NCBI GenBank assembly: GCA_022821105.1
Contig: JAJEEH010000019.1
Span: forward strand, 1 to 63,014
Source of the DNA: Acidimicrobiia bacterium
GTDB lineage: Bacteria; Actinomycetota; Acidimicrobiia; Acidimicrobiales; Bin134
Direction of reading: 5' to 3'
Length of the DNA: 63,014 nucleotides
Below the pieces are notes generated by a model. The model did no database searches. It was not told where the DNA came from and worked only from the letters and a program-made list of their open reading frames with translations. Below, one piece after another: positions 46,585 to 56,624 of the stretch. Each line of letters begins with the position of its first letter. Position 1 is the first letter of the stretch. Position numbers and translations under genes: made by a program.

Positions 46585-48993
46585 TCATACCACCCGCGAC
46601 GGGGTGGTGAACGAAGTGCGGTGGTCGAGCTTGAGACTGTGGGTTAGCTCGAGATTGGCCCTGAGGGGGAGATCGGTCGACGACTGCCCCACCATCACCT
46701 CGATGTCGCCCTCCTCCACCACCAATTCGAAGTCGCGGTTCAAAAAGGCGAGCTGGCTGGTGTCGAATTCAAACTCGACACGGCAGCTCTCGCCGGGATC
46801 AAGCGACACCCGATGGAATCCGGCCAGTTGTCGGACGGGACGGGTAACCGAGCCCACCACATCACGCACATAGAGCTGCACTGCCTCGTCGCCGGCGCGG
46901 TCGCCGGTGTTCTTCACCCCACAGCCGACCACAACCACATCGCCAGCGGGGGCGCTGGTGTCCGACAGGGTGAGATCGCTGATCTCGAATGTGGTGTAGG
47001 AGCGACCGTGGCCGAAGGCCCAGATTGGAGTACTGGGGCCGTCCACGTAGGCCCGGTCGGATGAGAATCCGCTGCCGTGCTTGTGGCCGTGATACGTGGG
47101 CGATGCCCCCACACCCGCCGGGAACGAAACGGGAAGCTTGCCCCCGGGGTTCAGCTCGCCGAACAGGGCCGAGGCGATCGCCTTCGGGCCCTCAGGGCCG
47201 GGATGCCAAACCTGGAGGATGGCCTTGGCATCGGCCAGATCTTCGGCGATGTCAAGCGGACGACCGCTGACCACCACCGCAACCGTGGGCACACCGGACG
47301 CGATCACTCGACGAACCAACTCGGGCTGGGCACCGGGAAGCTCAAGCGTCTTCCGATCTCGCCCCTCTCCCCCGGTGGCGTCGCCCACCCAGCCGGTCTT
47401 CTCGCCCACGGCCAGAACCACCACATCCGCAGCTCGGGCCGCGGCCACCGCTTCGTCGATGCCGTCTTCGTCGGGTCGGGTCCAGTCACAGCCCTTCGTA
47501 CTCGTGACCGGGGTGTGTTGGGCGATGGCATCGGCAATGGTGCCCATATTGGGGTAGATGTCCCCAACCGCCTGGTCGAGCTCGACCGGGTCGATGATGG
47601 CCCCGGTGCTGTGGAAAATCTTGGTGACCGCGTCGAGAGTTGCATCGGGAGAGCTCGAGTCGTCGCCATCTTCAGAGGCCGCGAAGAGCCCGGCCATCGA
47701 CCCCTCGAGACCGCGGGACATCGCCATACCGAGCTCAACGGCCGCGGCCGGGGTGTACGCCGCGAACAAGCCTCGCAGCGTGTCGGCCATCGGCCCGATC
47801 ACCGCCACCGTTCCGACATCGCGGCGGAGGGGAAGGATGCCGTCGTTCTCCAGCAGGACCAGCGACGCGTCGGTGATGGTTCGGGCCAACTCCAACGCCT
47901 CGGGCTGGTTGAACGCCTCCGCGGCCCGGTCGGGATCCACGGTGGGAGAGTCCATGAGGCCGACCTGGAAGCGCTGGGTGAGGGCCCGCTCCACGGCCAG
48001 GTCAAGCACCGATTCGTCGAGGTCCCCGTTGCGGACCGCATCGGGCAGCGAGGGATAGCCGATTCCTGTGGGGAGCTCGATGTCGAGTCCGGCTGACAGG
48101 GCCAATATTCCCGCCTCGGCATCGGTGGCGACCACCGCGTGGGGCTTGCGGAGCCGGGTCACCGCCGAGTAGTCGGCCACCACGCAGCCCCCGAACCCGA
48201 GTTGGCCGCGAAGCAGGTCGGTGAGGATCTCTGAAGAAGCGGCCACTGGCACCCCGTCGATCTCAGAATACGAGTTCATCACCGAGGCCAGCCCGGCGTC
48301 GCGGATGGCGCCCTCAAAGGGCAGGGCATAAACCTCGTGAACGGCACGCGGCCCCATGGGGCTGGCCGTCTGGTTGAGGGCGCCCTCGGTGTAGGAGTAG
48401 CCCAGGAAGTGCTTGCCGGTGGCCACCGTGCCGGCAGCAAGATCATCGGTCTGCATGCCGCGCACGAAGGCGATCCCCATCGCGGTACACAAGAAGGGGT
48501 CCTCGCCGTAGGTCTCGTGGACTCGGCCCCATCGGGCGTCGCGGTTCACGTCCAGCACGGGAGAGAGCACGTGATTGATGCCGACAGCTCGAGCCTCGCG
48601 GCTGGCCACTGCGGCCATCTGCTCGATGAGTTGCGGTTGGAAGGTGGCCGCCAAGCCGATGGCGGTGGGAAAGGCAGTGGCCGAGTCTTGGGCCAAGCCG
48701 CACAGCGACTCGTTGTGGACCATGGCGGGAATACCGAGCCGGGTGTTGTCCCTCAACCACTCCTGGATTGCGTTGAGAACCACGGCCAAATCCCGGGGCT
48801 GGCGGGCCAGACCCCCGCCCATGCAGAGGTGGCCCACTCCGTGGGGAATCATCTGGCTCATCCTGTCGGGGTCGGGCCCGGTTGGCCCCATGAACGCCGC
48901 GGGGAAGACGCCCACAATCTGGGCGGCCTTTTCCTCCAAAGTCATGCGAGATAGGAGGTCAGCCACCCGCTCGGGGATGGGCAACTCGGGCAT
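46585..48993 (-). CDS. Glycoside hydrolase family 3 (beta-glucosidase-like)
   Basis: 802 aa. MTLEEKAAQ and the nucleophile region GFGGCVVADY (the GFxGxVVSDW type). A C-terminal Fn3-like tail is present. Confidence 0.85.
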   Translation of the reverse strand: MPELPIPERVADLLSRMTLEEKAAQIVGVFPAAFMGPTGPDPDRMSQMIPHGVGHLCMGGGLARQPRDLAVVLNAIQEWLRDNTRLGIPAMVHNESLCGLAQDSATAFPTAIGLAATFQPQLIEQMAAVASREARAVGINHVLSPVLDVNRDARWGRVHETYGEDPFLCTAMGIAFVRGMQTDDLAAGTVATGKHFLGYSYTEGALNQTASPMGPRAVHEVYALPFEGAIRDAGLASVMNSYSEIDGVPVAASSEILTDLLRGQLGFGGCVVADYSAVTRLRKPHAVVATDAEAGILALSAGLDIELPTGIGYPSLPDAVRNGDLDESVLDLAVERALTQRFQVGLMDSPTVDPDRAAEAFNQPEALELARTITDASLVLLENDGILPLRRDVGTVAVIGPMADTLRGLFAAYTPAAAVELGMAMSRGLEGSMAGLFAASEDGDDSSSPDATLDAVTKIFHSTGAIIDPVELDQAVGDIYPNMGTIADAIAQHTPVTSTKGCDWTRPDEDGIDEAVAAARAADVVVLAVGEKTGWVGDATGGEGRDRKTLELPGAQPELVRRVIASGVPTVAVVVSGRPLDIAEDLADAKAILQVWHPGPEGPKAIASALFGELNPGGKLPVSFPAGVGASPTYHGHKHGSGFSSDRAYVDGPSTPIWAFGHGRSYTTFEISDLTLSDTSAPAGDVVVVGCGVKNTGDRAGDEAVQLYVRDVVGSVTRPVRQLAGFHRVSLDPGESCRVEFEFDTSQLAFLNRDFELVVEEGDIEVMVGQSSTDLPLRANLELTHSLKLDHRTSFTTPSRVV

Positions 48994-48996
48994 GGA

Positions 48997-50439
48997 TTAG
49001 TTCAAGGGGACGAAGGCGTCGGAGGGTGGATCGAAGACAAGGAGAATCGGGGCCCCATCGCTGATGTCGAACTTGCCGGCGGCGACCGATGCCGCCGAAT
49101 TGGCGGTCACGTCAAGACTGAGACCACTCTCAGCGGCGGCCCGGAACGAATCATTGGTTAGATCGGCTCCGGCGGCCGTGGCGATCTGGGTGAATATCTC
49201 CACTCCTTGGCACGCCCAGACTGTGGTGTTCAGGTTCACCACTTCGCCAGGCTCGGGGCTGATGATCACCGTCTCGCCTGATGCCGCCTCAAAGCGCTCA
49301 ACGCAAGCGGCAATGCTTGGGTCACCCGCCAAGGCCAAATCCTCGAATCCCAGCGAGCCGAGTGCGATTGCCCCTTCGAGGGGATCGACGGAATAGCCGA
49401 GATCGCGATAAAGCTGAGCATCGAGACCGATGGGGCCTACGAACACTATCGCCGGGCGGTAGGGACTCCGATCTAGACCGGGAACGATATCGAGGACCGC
49501 TCCCGACCCCACTCCAAATATGATTTCGGCACCGTCGGCCTGCCACCGCTGGGCAAATGCCTGCATTTCGGCTTCAGTTGCGGCGACGTCGCCTCCGGTG
49601 TCTGTGGCGACGGTCTCGGACACGACCTCGATTCCCGCGGCAACAAGCGCGTCCACGTAATGATCGCGCTCCGATCCAGTGTCGGCAGCGACATGAACCG
49701 CCACCGGCCCATCGAAGGCCCCAGCCCGCACCAGCGCCTCAACGCCGAGTGCCGCGCCCCGAGCGGGGAGCGCGCCCGAACCGATAGCGACGGCCTTTGA
49801 ACGGTCGAACTCCTCTTGGCTGACTGGTCCGGAGTTGATAAAGATCGTGTCGTTCACGTCGGTGAAGCAGTTCAGATTGGTCAGCAGGAGTCCCATGGCG
49901 GCGAACACTTGTTCGTCCTGGGTCAGCTTCACGCAGGCGGCTTCGGTTTCGACTGCGCCCAGCGGCGAATAAGCCACGAATACCGGCTCGAGCCGACGGC
50001 CGAGCACTCCCCCGCTGGCGTTGACATCGTCGATGACGGCCTGCCACTTCGCCTCGACGTCACCATTGGATCGCCCGATCACGGAGACGTCGACGATGAC
50101 AATCCCAATCTTGATTGCTTCGGCGGTGACGCCTCGGAACGAGTCGGTGAGCACGATCGGCGTGGGCTCGGGGGTGGGCTCCGACGCTTCGGGCTCCGGC
50201 GCCTCTTCGGTGGACTCAGAAGTCTCGGCCGCCGACGGCGTGGCCTCAGAAGCGGCCTCTTCCGGCTCGGCATCGCTCTCCGGTGCATCTGTTGGCGACG
50301 GCTCAGCCCCCTCCTCTTGGACCGGTTGAGTCTCCGGCTCCTGAGCACCGTCGTCGGCTGCCGGTTCGGAATCCCCGCCGCCGCACGCCGATGCCAAGAG
50401 CAACAGGACAGCGATTGCCCCAATGATTCGTAAGCGCAT
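48997..50439 (-). CDS. ABC transporter substrate-binding lipoprotein (LIVBP-like)
   Basis: Lipobox LLASAC, a roughly 90-aa acidic Pro/Glu/Ala/Ser-rich linker, then a type-1 periplasmic binding fold pattern (IKIGIVIV...GGVLGRRLEPV). Confidence 0.75.
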   Translation of the reverse strand: MRLRIIGAIAVLLLLASACGGGDSEPAADDGAQEPETQPVQEEGAEPSPTDAPESDAEPEEAASEATPSAAETSESTEEAPEPEASEPTPEPTPIVLTDSFRGVTAEAIKIGIVIVDVSVIGRSNGDVEAKWQAVIDDVNASGGVLGRRLEPVFVAYSPLGAVETEAACVKLTQDEQVFAAMGLLLTNLNCFTDVNDTIFINSGPVSQEEFDRSKAVAIGSGALPARGAALGVEALVRAGAFDGPVAVHVAADTGSERDHYVDALVAAGIEVVSETVATDTGGDVAATEAEMQAFAQRWQADGAEIIFGVGSGAVLDIVPGLDRSPYRPAIVFVGPIGLDAQLYRDLGYSVDPLEGAIALGSLGFEDLALAGDPSIAACVERFEAASGETVIISPEPGEVVNLNTTVWACQGVEIFTQIATAAGADLTNDSFRAAAESGLSLDVTANSAASVAAGKFDISDGAPILLVFDPPSDAFVPLN

Positions 50440-50495
50440 GGTTCCGTCCCCCCGTAGAGATCTGACCCATTACGTTTTCACATTAGGTTGGGGCC

Positions 50496-51530
50496 ATGCG
50501 ACGGGACTCCGACAGATTGCAGATCACTGTCCAGCCCCCTGACCGTTCCCTCGAACCAGTTGACTTCGGCGCTCCGTTCGAGCCTCCCGCCGGTCGGGTG
50601 CTGCACTGCTGGGGCCAGCTCGGAGTCGAGGACCGGCCCCACCTCGTGGAAGACGGCGAGCTCTCGGAATACGAGGCCACCATCGAACCCCAGCCGGGCG
50701 TGGTGAGCACCTATGCCCACGTCCACGACACCAGCGATGGAATCCTCGACGCCTTCTGCCAGGGTGCCGGAAACCTGTTGGCCAAGCGTCCCCAGACCCC
50801 GCTGATCGTGGGGCTTCACGTTCGCCCAGTTGAGAAGGTGGTGGCCAGCGGCGCGTGCAATGAGTCGCTGCGCCGCATGGCGCGGTGCCTGCGCGAGCTG
50901 GATATTCCGGTGTGGCTGCGGATCGGCTACGAGTTCAACCTCAGCTTCGACCCCCACGACACTGAGGCCTACAAGGACCTCTTTCCCCACATCGTCGAAC
51001 TCTTCCGCAAAGAGGAGGCTCACAACGTGGCCGCCACCTGGTGCTCGGCAGCGGGCTCGTTCCAGTTCCGAGACCCGTTCGACTGGTGGCCCGGCAACGA
51101 GTACGTCGACTGGGCGGCCATGGACGTGTTCGCCCCCATTGGTTTCGAGCGCACCGAGACCACCGCCTTCCTCGACCGGTGCCGGGAAGAGAAAAAGCCG
51201 GTGATGATCCCCGAATCCTGCCCGTTCTTCTTCGACTGGAACCTGGTCGACCCTGATCGCCCGGAGTCGTTTCGCGACGGGCTGCTTGAGATCGGCGACA
51301 TCGAGGATCAATGGGCTTGGTACGAAGCCATGTTCGAACTGGTCCGGCGCCGGCCCGAGATCAAGGCCCTTACGGTGATCGCCACCGATTGGCGAGACGG
51401 CATGTTCCCGTTCTACGGGGACACCAGAATCGGCTCTTGGGATGGACTGCCCCCGCGCTATGTCGCCGCGCTGTCCGACCCGCGCTTCATGCACCGACAA
51501 GAGGCCCAAGAGCTCTTCCAGAACCGTTAA
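50496..51530 (+). CDS. Hypothetical protein, possibly GH26-like glycoside hydrolase
   Basis: 344 aa. VWLRIGYEFN and WWPGNEYVDWAAMDVF resemble the GH26 motifs (YYPGDxYVDWvG.D.Y) from memory. No signal peptide is evident. Confidence 0.4.
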   Translation: MRRDSDRLQITVQPPDRSLEPVDFGAPFEPPAGRVLHCWGQLGVEDRPHLVEDGELSEYEATIEPQPGVVSTYAHVHDTSDGILDAFCQGAGNLLAKRPQTPLIVGLHVRPVEKVVASGACNESLRRMARCLRELDIPVWLRIGYEFNLSFDPHDTEAYKDLFPHIVELFRKEEAHNVAATWCSAAGSFQFRDPFDWWPGNEYVDWAAMDVFAPIGFERTETTAFLDRCREEKKPVMIPESCPFFFDWNLVDPDRPESFRDGLLEIGDIEDQWAWYEAMFELVRRRPEIKALTVIATDWRDGMFPFYGDTRIGSWDGLPPRYVAALSDPRFMHRQEAQELFQNR

Positions 51531-51554
51531 CCACGCTGCCGGAAAGGGGGACAG

Positions 51555-53732
51555 ATGACTGACGCGGCCAATGATGACGCGGGTGCCCTGTCCCGCCGGG
51601 TGCTCGACAGCCAAACGGATCAAACCGACGCAGACGATGAGGTGCTGTTCCCCGACGACGTGCTGCCCGGTGTGGGCAGCGAGGAGATGTCGCTGCGGGA
51701 AGGTCTGGCCAAGGGAGGTGTGGCCACCTTTGTCGTGTTGTTGATCCTCAACAGCCTCGACGAGCTTGAAGCGGCGGCGCTTTCCGTCCTCGCTCCCGAA
51801 ATCCGCGACAGCTTCGGAGTCGGCGACGGGGTCATCGTCTTCTTGGGGGCCGCCTCGGTGTCGTTTGTGTTCCTAGGGGCATTGCCCATGGGCTGGCTCG
51901 CCGACCGATTTCGCCGGGGACCGGTCATCGGGGCGGCCAGCCTCGCCTTTGGCTTCTTCTCGCTGCTGTCCGGTCTGGCCCGCAATGTGGCGGTGTTCTT
52001 CTTTGCCCGGCTCGGAACCGGGATCGCCAAGTCCAACACCCTGCCAGTCCACAATTCGCTCATCGCCGACCAGTACCCCATCGGGGTGCGGGGCCGCATC
52101 GCGTCGCTCACCATCATGTCCGGACGCACGGTGAGCATCGTCAGCCCCGTGCTGGTGGGGGGCATTGCCGCCGTCGTCAGCTGGCGTTGGACCTACTACA
52201 CCCTTTGGATCCCGGTGGCCGTGGTGGCCGTGTTGGCCTTCCGGCTCCCTGAGCCGGTGCGAGGCCAGTGGGAGAAGACCGACGTCTTGGGCAAAGCTGG
52301 CGACGCTGTCGACCCGGCCCCCATCTCGCTTGAAGCGGCGTTCGCCCGGCTCAACAAGGTGGCCACCCTGCGCACGGTGCTCCTCGGGTTCGCCGCACTG
52401 GGTTTCGGGCTGTTCAGCCGACCGGTGCTCACCTCGTTGTTCCTCGAGGACGAGTATGGCCTGGGGCCTCTGGGCCGCGGCACCCTAACCACCGCGTCCG
52501 GGGTCGGGGTCATCGCCATCATGCCGTTAGTCGGGCGGCGGTTCGACCGCCTCTACCGCCAGAGCCCCACTCGGGCGATGGCGCTGATCGGCGCGCTAAT
52601 CCTGCCCTCCGCGCTGTTGCTGCCCATCCAGTTCAACATGCCCAACCCGTGGCTTTTCGCCGTGTTGGACGTTCCCGGCACGCTGATGATGTTCGCCGCG
52701 TTCGCCATGGTCGGGCCCCTGATGCAGGCCGTCGTCCCCTACCGGCTTCGGGGCATCGGCTCGGCGCTGTCCACGCTGTACATCTTCTTCATCGGCGCGG
52801 CGGGCGGCGGGCTGCTGTCGGCCATGGTGGTCGATGCCAGCGGCCCCAAGACCACCATCCTGGTGCTGGGCCTGCCCTCCACCATCGTCGGTGGGGCATT
52901 CATGTTGAACGGCGCCCGCCACATCCGGCGGGACCTGTCGCGCAACGTGGCCGAGATACTCGAGGAGCAGGCCGAAAGCAATCGCCAACGGGAGAACCCC
53001 GAGCACATTCCCGCCCTGCAATTGGCCGATATCGACTTCAGCTACGGCAACGTGCAGGTTCTCTTCGACGTGGGCTTTGAAGTCCGCAAGGGCGAGACCC
53101 TGGCCCTGCTGGGCACCAACGGGGCCGGTAAATCGACCATTTTGCGGATCATCGCCGGGCTCGGCACCCCCGAACGGGGAGTGGTGCGCTTGGGCGGCCG
53201 CACCATCACCTTCTCGACCCCCGAGCAGCGAACGGATATGGGAATCCAGACCCTGCTGGGGGGAAGCGGCGTGTGGGCACCGCTCAGCGTTCGCCACAAC
53301 TTGGAAATGGGGGCCTACCAGCTTCGAGACGACAAGGCCGAGCGACAGCGTCGCATCGAGCATGTCCTTGAGCTGTTTCCCGAGCTTCGCTCCCGCCTCG
53401 ACGACCGGGCCGACTCCTTGTCGGGCGGCCAACAGCAGATGCTGGCATTGGCCCGAACGCTGTTGTGCCCGCCCGAAGTCCTCCTCATCGACGAGCTGTC
53501 CCTCGGCTTGGCTCCCACTGCGGTGGCCGAGCTCATAGGCCACATCGAGCGCCTCCAATCCACCGGGCAGACCATCGTCATCGTCGAGCAGTCGCTCAAC
53601 ATCGCCCTCGAATTGGCCGACCGAGCCGTGTTCATCGAGAAGGGCCAAGTGCGGTTTGAAGGGCCGGTCTCTGAACTCGCCGAGCGAGATGACCTGGTCA
53701 GGGCCGTTTTCTTGGGGGATGAGGGGGGCTGA
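51555..53732 (+). CDS. Fusion protein: N-terminal MFS-like 12-TM domain plus C-terminal LivF-type ABC ATPase
   Basis: aa ~50-455 are polytopic and carry MFS motif A (GWLADRFRRGPV). aa ~487-725 carry Walker A GTNGAGKST, signature LSGGQQQMLALA and Walker B LLIDELSLGLAP. It is a single uninterrupted ORF with RBS GGAAAGGGGGA. Confidence 0.8.
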   Translation: MTDAANDDAGALSRRVLDSQTDQTDADDEVLFPDDVLPGVGSEEMSLREGLAKGGVATFVVLLILNSLDELEAAALSVLAPEIRDSFGVGDGVIVFLGAASVSFVFLGALPMGWLADRFRRGPVIGAASLAFGFFSLLSGLARNVAVFFFARLGTGIAKSNTLPVHNSLIADQYPIGVRGRIASLTIMSGRTVSIVSPVLVGGIAAVVSWRWTYYTLWIPVAVVAVLAFRLPEPVRGQWEKTDVLGKAGDAVDPAPISLEAAFARLNKVATLRTVLLGFAALGFGLFSRPVLTSLFLEDEYGLGPLGRGTLTTASGVGVIAIMPLVGRRFDRLYRQSPTRAMALIGALILPSALLLPIQFNMPNPWLFAVLDVPGTLMMFAAFAMVGPLMQAVVPYRLRGIGSALSTLYIFFIGAAGGGLLSAMVVDASGPKTTILVLGLPSTIVGGAFMLNGARHIRRDLSRNVAEILEEQAESNRQRENPEHIPALQLADIDFSYGNVQVLFDVGFEVRKGETLALLGTNGAGKSTILRIIAGLGTPERGVVRLGGRTITFSTPEQRTDMGIQTLLGGSGVWAPLSVRHNLEMGAYQLRDDKAERQRRIEHVLELFPELRSRLDDRADSLSGGQQQMLALARTLLCPPEVLLIDELSLGLAPTAVAELIGHIERLQSTGQTIVIVEQSLNIALELADRAVFIEKGQVRFEGPVSELAERDDLVRAVFLGDEGG

Positions 53733-56566
53733 TGCCGCTGGGGTTCCTCGAGGCCAATCGCCAGCTCATCTTCGACGGGGTGGTGAATGGACTGGTGTAC
53801 GGGATGCTGGCAATGGGAATCGTCCTGGTGTTCCGCTCCTCCCGGGTCATCAATTTCGCGGCCGGAAATCTGGGTTTGCCCGGTGCCGGTCTCTTGGCCC
53901 TATTGGCACTGCGCTGGGACGTCCCCCTCTGGGCCGCGGTACTCACCGCCATTTCGGTGGGCGCCATCTTCGCCGCCATGGTGGAAGCCGGGGTGGTACG
54001 CCGGTTGTTCACCGCGCCGAGAGTGATCCTGCTGGTGGCCACGATCGGAGTCGCCCAGCTAGCTCAGGGCATCCTCTTGGCCTATCCCGAGGTCGGCGGG
54101 GGCATCGGCGTCCGCTATCCCATCATCGTCGACACAACCCTGACCGATGTGGCCGGACTCTTCATCACCGGCCCCCAGCTCAGCGTGCTGATCGTCGCCC
54201 CTCTGGTCGCCATTGCCCTCGGCCTGCTGCTCGACCGCACGCCCTTCGGTCGAACGGTTCAGGCCACCTCGGCTAACCCCGACTTGTCTCGAGTCTCGGG
54301 CATCAACCCGAAGCGGGTCTCGTTCACCATCTGGGTGATTGCCGGGGTGGTGTCCACCATCGCGGTGATCCTGCTGTCGGCCGACCGCAGTGTGAGCGGC
54401 CTTGAGACCGTCGGACTCACCACCATGGCCAATTCCCTGGCTGCCGCAGTCATCGCCCGGATGCGGTCGTTTCCCCTCTCGCTGGTCGGAGGTGTGGTGG
54501 TTGGCGTCACGTTCTCGCTGGTCAAGTTCAACTACCCGGTGGAGGGCGGGCTCTTTGAGTTCGTCCTGCTGATAGGTGTATTAGTGGCGGTGGCGATACA
54601 GCGCCGCCAAGACGACGACTCCCCGGGGCGTTACTCGTTTGCCCCCAGAATCCGCTCCATTCCCCAGCACCTGCTGTCTATCTGGTGGGTTCGGCACCTG
54701 GGCAAGATCGCTCTTGGCCTTGCTGGGGCAATTGCGGTGCTGCTGCCCATTGTCGTTTCCACCCCGTCACGACAGATCACCTACGCCAGCATCCTGGCCT
54801 TTGGGATCTGCGCGGTGTCGGTGGCCATCATCACAGGATGGGCCGGTCAGCTTTCGTTAGGCCAGATGGCCCTTGCCGGAATCGGCGCCGTCTCAGCAGC
54901 CTCTTTCCAGCGGGGCATTCAACTGGACATCGGCTGGGGCGATAATCGGCTGATCGACTTCGAATCCAGCGGCATTCCCTTCGCGGCTGCGGTTGTTCTC
55001 GGAGCGGTGACTGCCGCCGGGTTCGCCGGGCTGGTGGGCGTGGGCGCACTGCGAGTGCGCGGCCTGCTGCTGGCTGTGGCCACGTTTGTTCTCGCCCTGG
55101 CCACCGAGGAATACCTGTTCCGCCGACCCATTTTCAGCGGCGGAAACACCGACTCAGTCTCCTTCCGCCGGGGGCAGCTATTTGGTCTCGACCTCGACAA
55201 TCAGCGCACTTACTACTGGCTGCTGCTCGGGGTCTTGGCTGTGGTGCTAATTGCGGTGGCCCGCATCCACCGCAGCAGTTTTGGACGGGCTATCCGAGCT
55301 CTCCGGGACAACGCCGATGCCTCGGCGGCCTATGGCATTCGCCCGGCGCGAACCAAGCTGCGAGCCTTCGTCTTGGCCGGTGCGGTTGCCGGACTGGGCG
55401 GCGGCCTGCTGGCCGGAGTGATACATCAGGTCCCCCTGACGGGTCGCTTCTTTGGAACCGGGGAATCGCTGCGGCTGATCTCCATGGCCATCATCGGCGG
55501 CATCGGTGCCACCATCGGGCCAGTTTTCGGTGCCCTGTGGGTGATCGGCCTTCCCGCCTTCGCTCCCACCAACCGACTGATCCCCCTGTTCACCTCGGGA
55601 GTCGGCTTGCTGATTCTTCTTTTGTACTTTCCCAGCGGCCTTGTGCAGATCGCCTACTCGGCCCGCGACCGGATCATCACCTGGTTGGAGGTCCGCCGAC
55701 CACCGCCGGTGGCCAAGCAAACCCACACTGTGCCCGCCGCGCTCCCAGCACCGGCCCCAGTTCCCAAGACTTCTGCTCCGGCCCTGGCAGCCACTGAGAT
55801 CTCCGTGCGTTTTGGCGGCCGGCTGGCGGTTGACAACGCCCATATCGAAGTAGCCCCCGGTGAGATTGTGGGACTGATCGGCACCAACGGCGCCGGCAAA
55901 TCGACCCTGATGAACGCCATCGGCGGATTCGTCCCGTCCAAGGGCCGCGTCGAACTCTACGGTGTGCCGATCCACCGCTTCAGGCCCGCCGAGAGATCCC
56001 GGCGAGGACTCGGCCGCACCTTCCAAGCCGCAACCCTGTTTCCCGAGCTCACCGTGCGAGAGACCGTTTTGGTGGCGGCCTCGTCGGCCCCGTCCCACGG
56101 TTCCAGAGGGCCCATGACCACGAGTCGGACAAGGCGAGTCAAGCGCTCCGCCCAGACCCAGGTAAGCGATCTGATCGACTTTCTGGGGCTGGGCCGCTAC
56201 GCCGACCGCCAGATCGCCGACCTCTCCACCGGCACCCGCCGGATCGTAGAGCTGGCCGGCCTCCTCGCCCTCAACGCCCAGATGTTGTGTCTCGACGAGC
56301 CCACCGCCGGAGTGGCCCAGCGAGAGGCCGAGGCCTTCGGACCGCTCATCGTCGAAATCCGCCGCCACCTCAACGCCGCCATGCTCATCGTCGAGCACGA
56401 CATGCCCCTCATCATGTCGATCAGCGACCGCGTCTACTGCCTAGAAGCCGGCTCCATCATCGCTCAAGGCACACCCGAAGAAGTCCGTACCAACCCCGCC
56501 GTCATTACCAGCTACCTAGGCCTGGACACCCGAGCCATCCACCGCAGCGACGCAACCCCCAACTAG
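53732..56566 (+). CDS. Triple fusion: LivH-like permease, LivM-like permease and LivG-type ABC ATPase
   Basis: aa 1-292 are LivH-like (GLVYGMLAMGIVLVFRSSRVINFAAG). aa ~305-655 are LivM-like (GWAGQLSLGQMALAGIGA). aa ~686-944 are the ATPase (GTNGAGKST, LSTGTRRIVELAG, LCLDEPTAGV). The start overlaps the previous stop (TGATG). Confidence 0.8.
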   Translation: MPLGFLEANRQLIFDGVVNGLVYGMLAMGIVLVFRSSRVINFAAGNLGLPGAGLLALLALRWDVPLWAAVLTAISVGAIFAAMVEAGVVRRLFTAPRVILLVATIGVAQLAQGILLAYPEVGGGIGVRYPIIVDTTLTDVAGLFITGPQLSVLIVAPLVAIALGLLLDRTPFGRTVQATSANPDLSRVSGINPKRVSFTIWVIAGVVSTIAVILLSADRSVSGLETVGLTTMANSLAAAVIARMRSFPLSLVGGVVVGVTFSLVKFNYPVEGGLFEFVLLIGVLVAVAIQRRQDDDSPGRYSFAPRIRSIPQHLLSIWWVRHLGKIALGLAGAIAVLLPIVVSTPSRQITYASILAFGICAVSVAIITGWAGQLSLGQMALAGIGAVSAASFQRGIQLDIGWGDNRLIDFESSGIPFAAAVVLGAVTAAGFAGLVGVGALRVRGLLLAVATFVLALATEEYLFRRPIFSGGNTDSVSFRRGQLFGLDLDNQRTYYWLLLGVLAVVLIAVARIHRSSFGRAIRALRDNADASAAYGIRPARTKLRAFVLAGAVAGLGGGLLAGVIHQVPLTGRFFGTGESLRLISMAIIGGIGATIGPVFGALWVIGLPAFAPTNRLIPLFTSGVGLLILLLYFPSGLVQIAYSARDRIITWLEVRRPPPVAKQTHTVPAALPAPAPVPKTSAPALAATEISVRFGGRLAVDNAHIEVAPGEIVGLIGTNGAGKSTLMNAIGGFVPSKGRVELYGVPIHRFRPAERSRRGLGRTFQAATLFPELTVRETVLVAASSAPSHGSRGPMTTSRTRRVKRSAQTQVSDLIDFLGLGRYADRQIADLSTGTRRIVELAGLLALNAQMLCLDEPTAGVAQREAEAFGPLIVEIRRHLNAAMLIVEHDMPLIMSISDRVYCLEAGSIIAQGTPEEVRTNPAVITSYLGLDTRAIHRSDATPN

Positions 56567-56624
56567 AAGACGGCGAAGCCCAATTCGGCAGAGGAAGCTG
56601 CAGCCGCCCGCAGAGATCCCTGGA

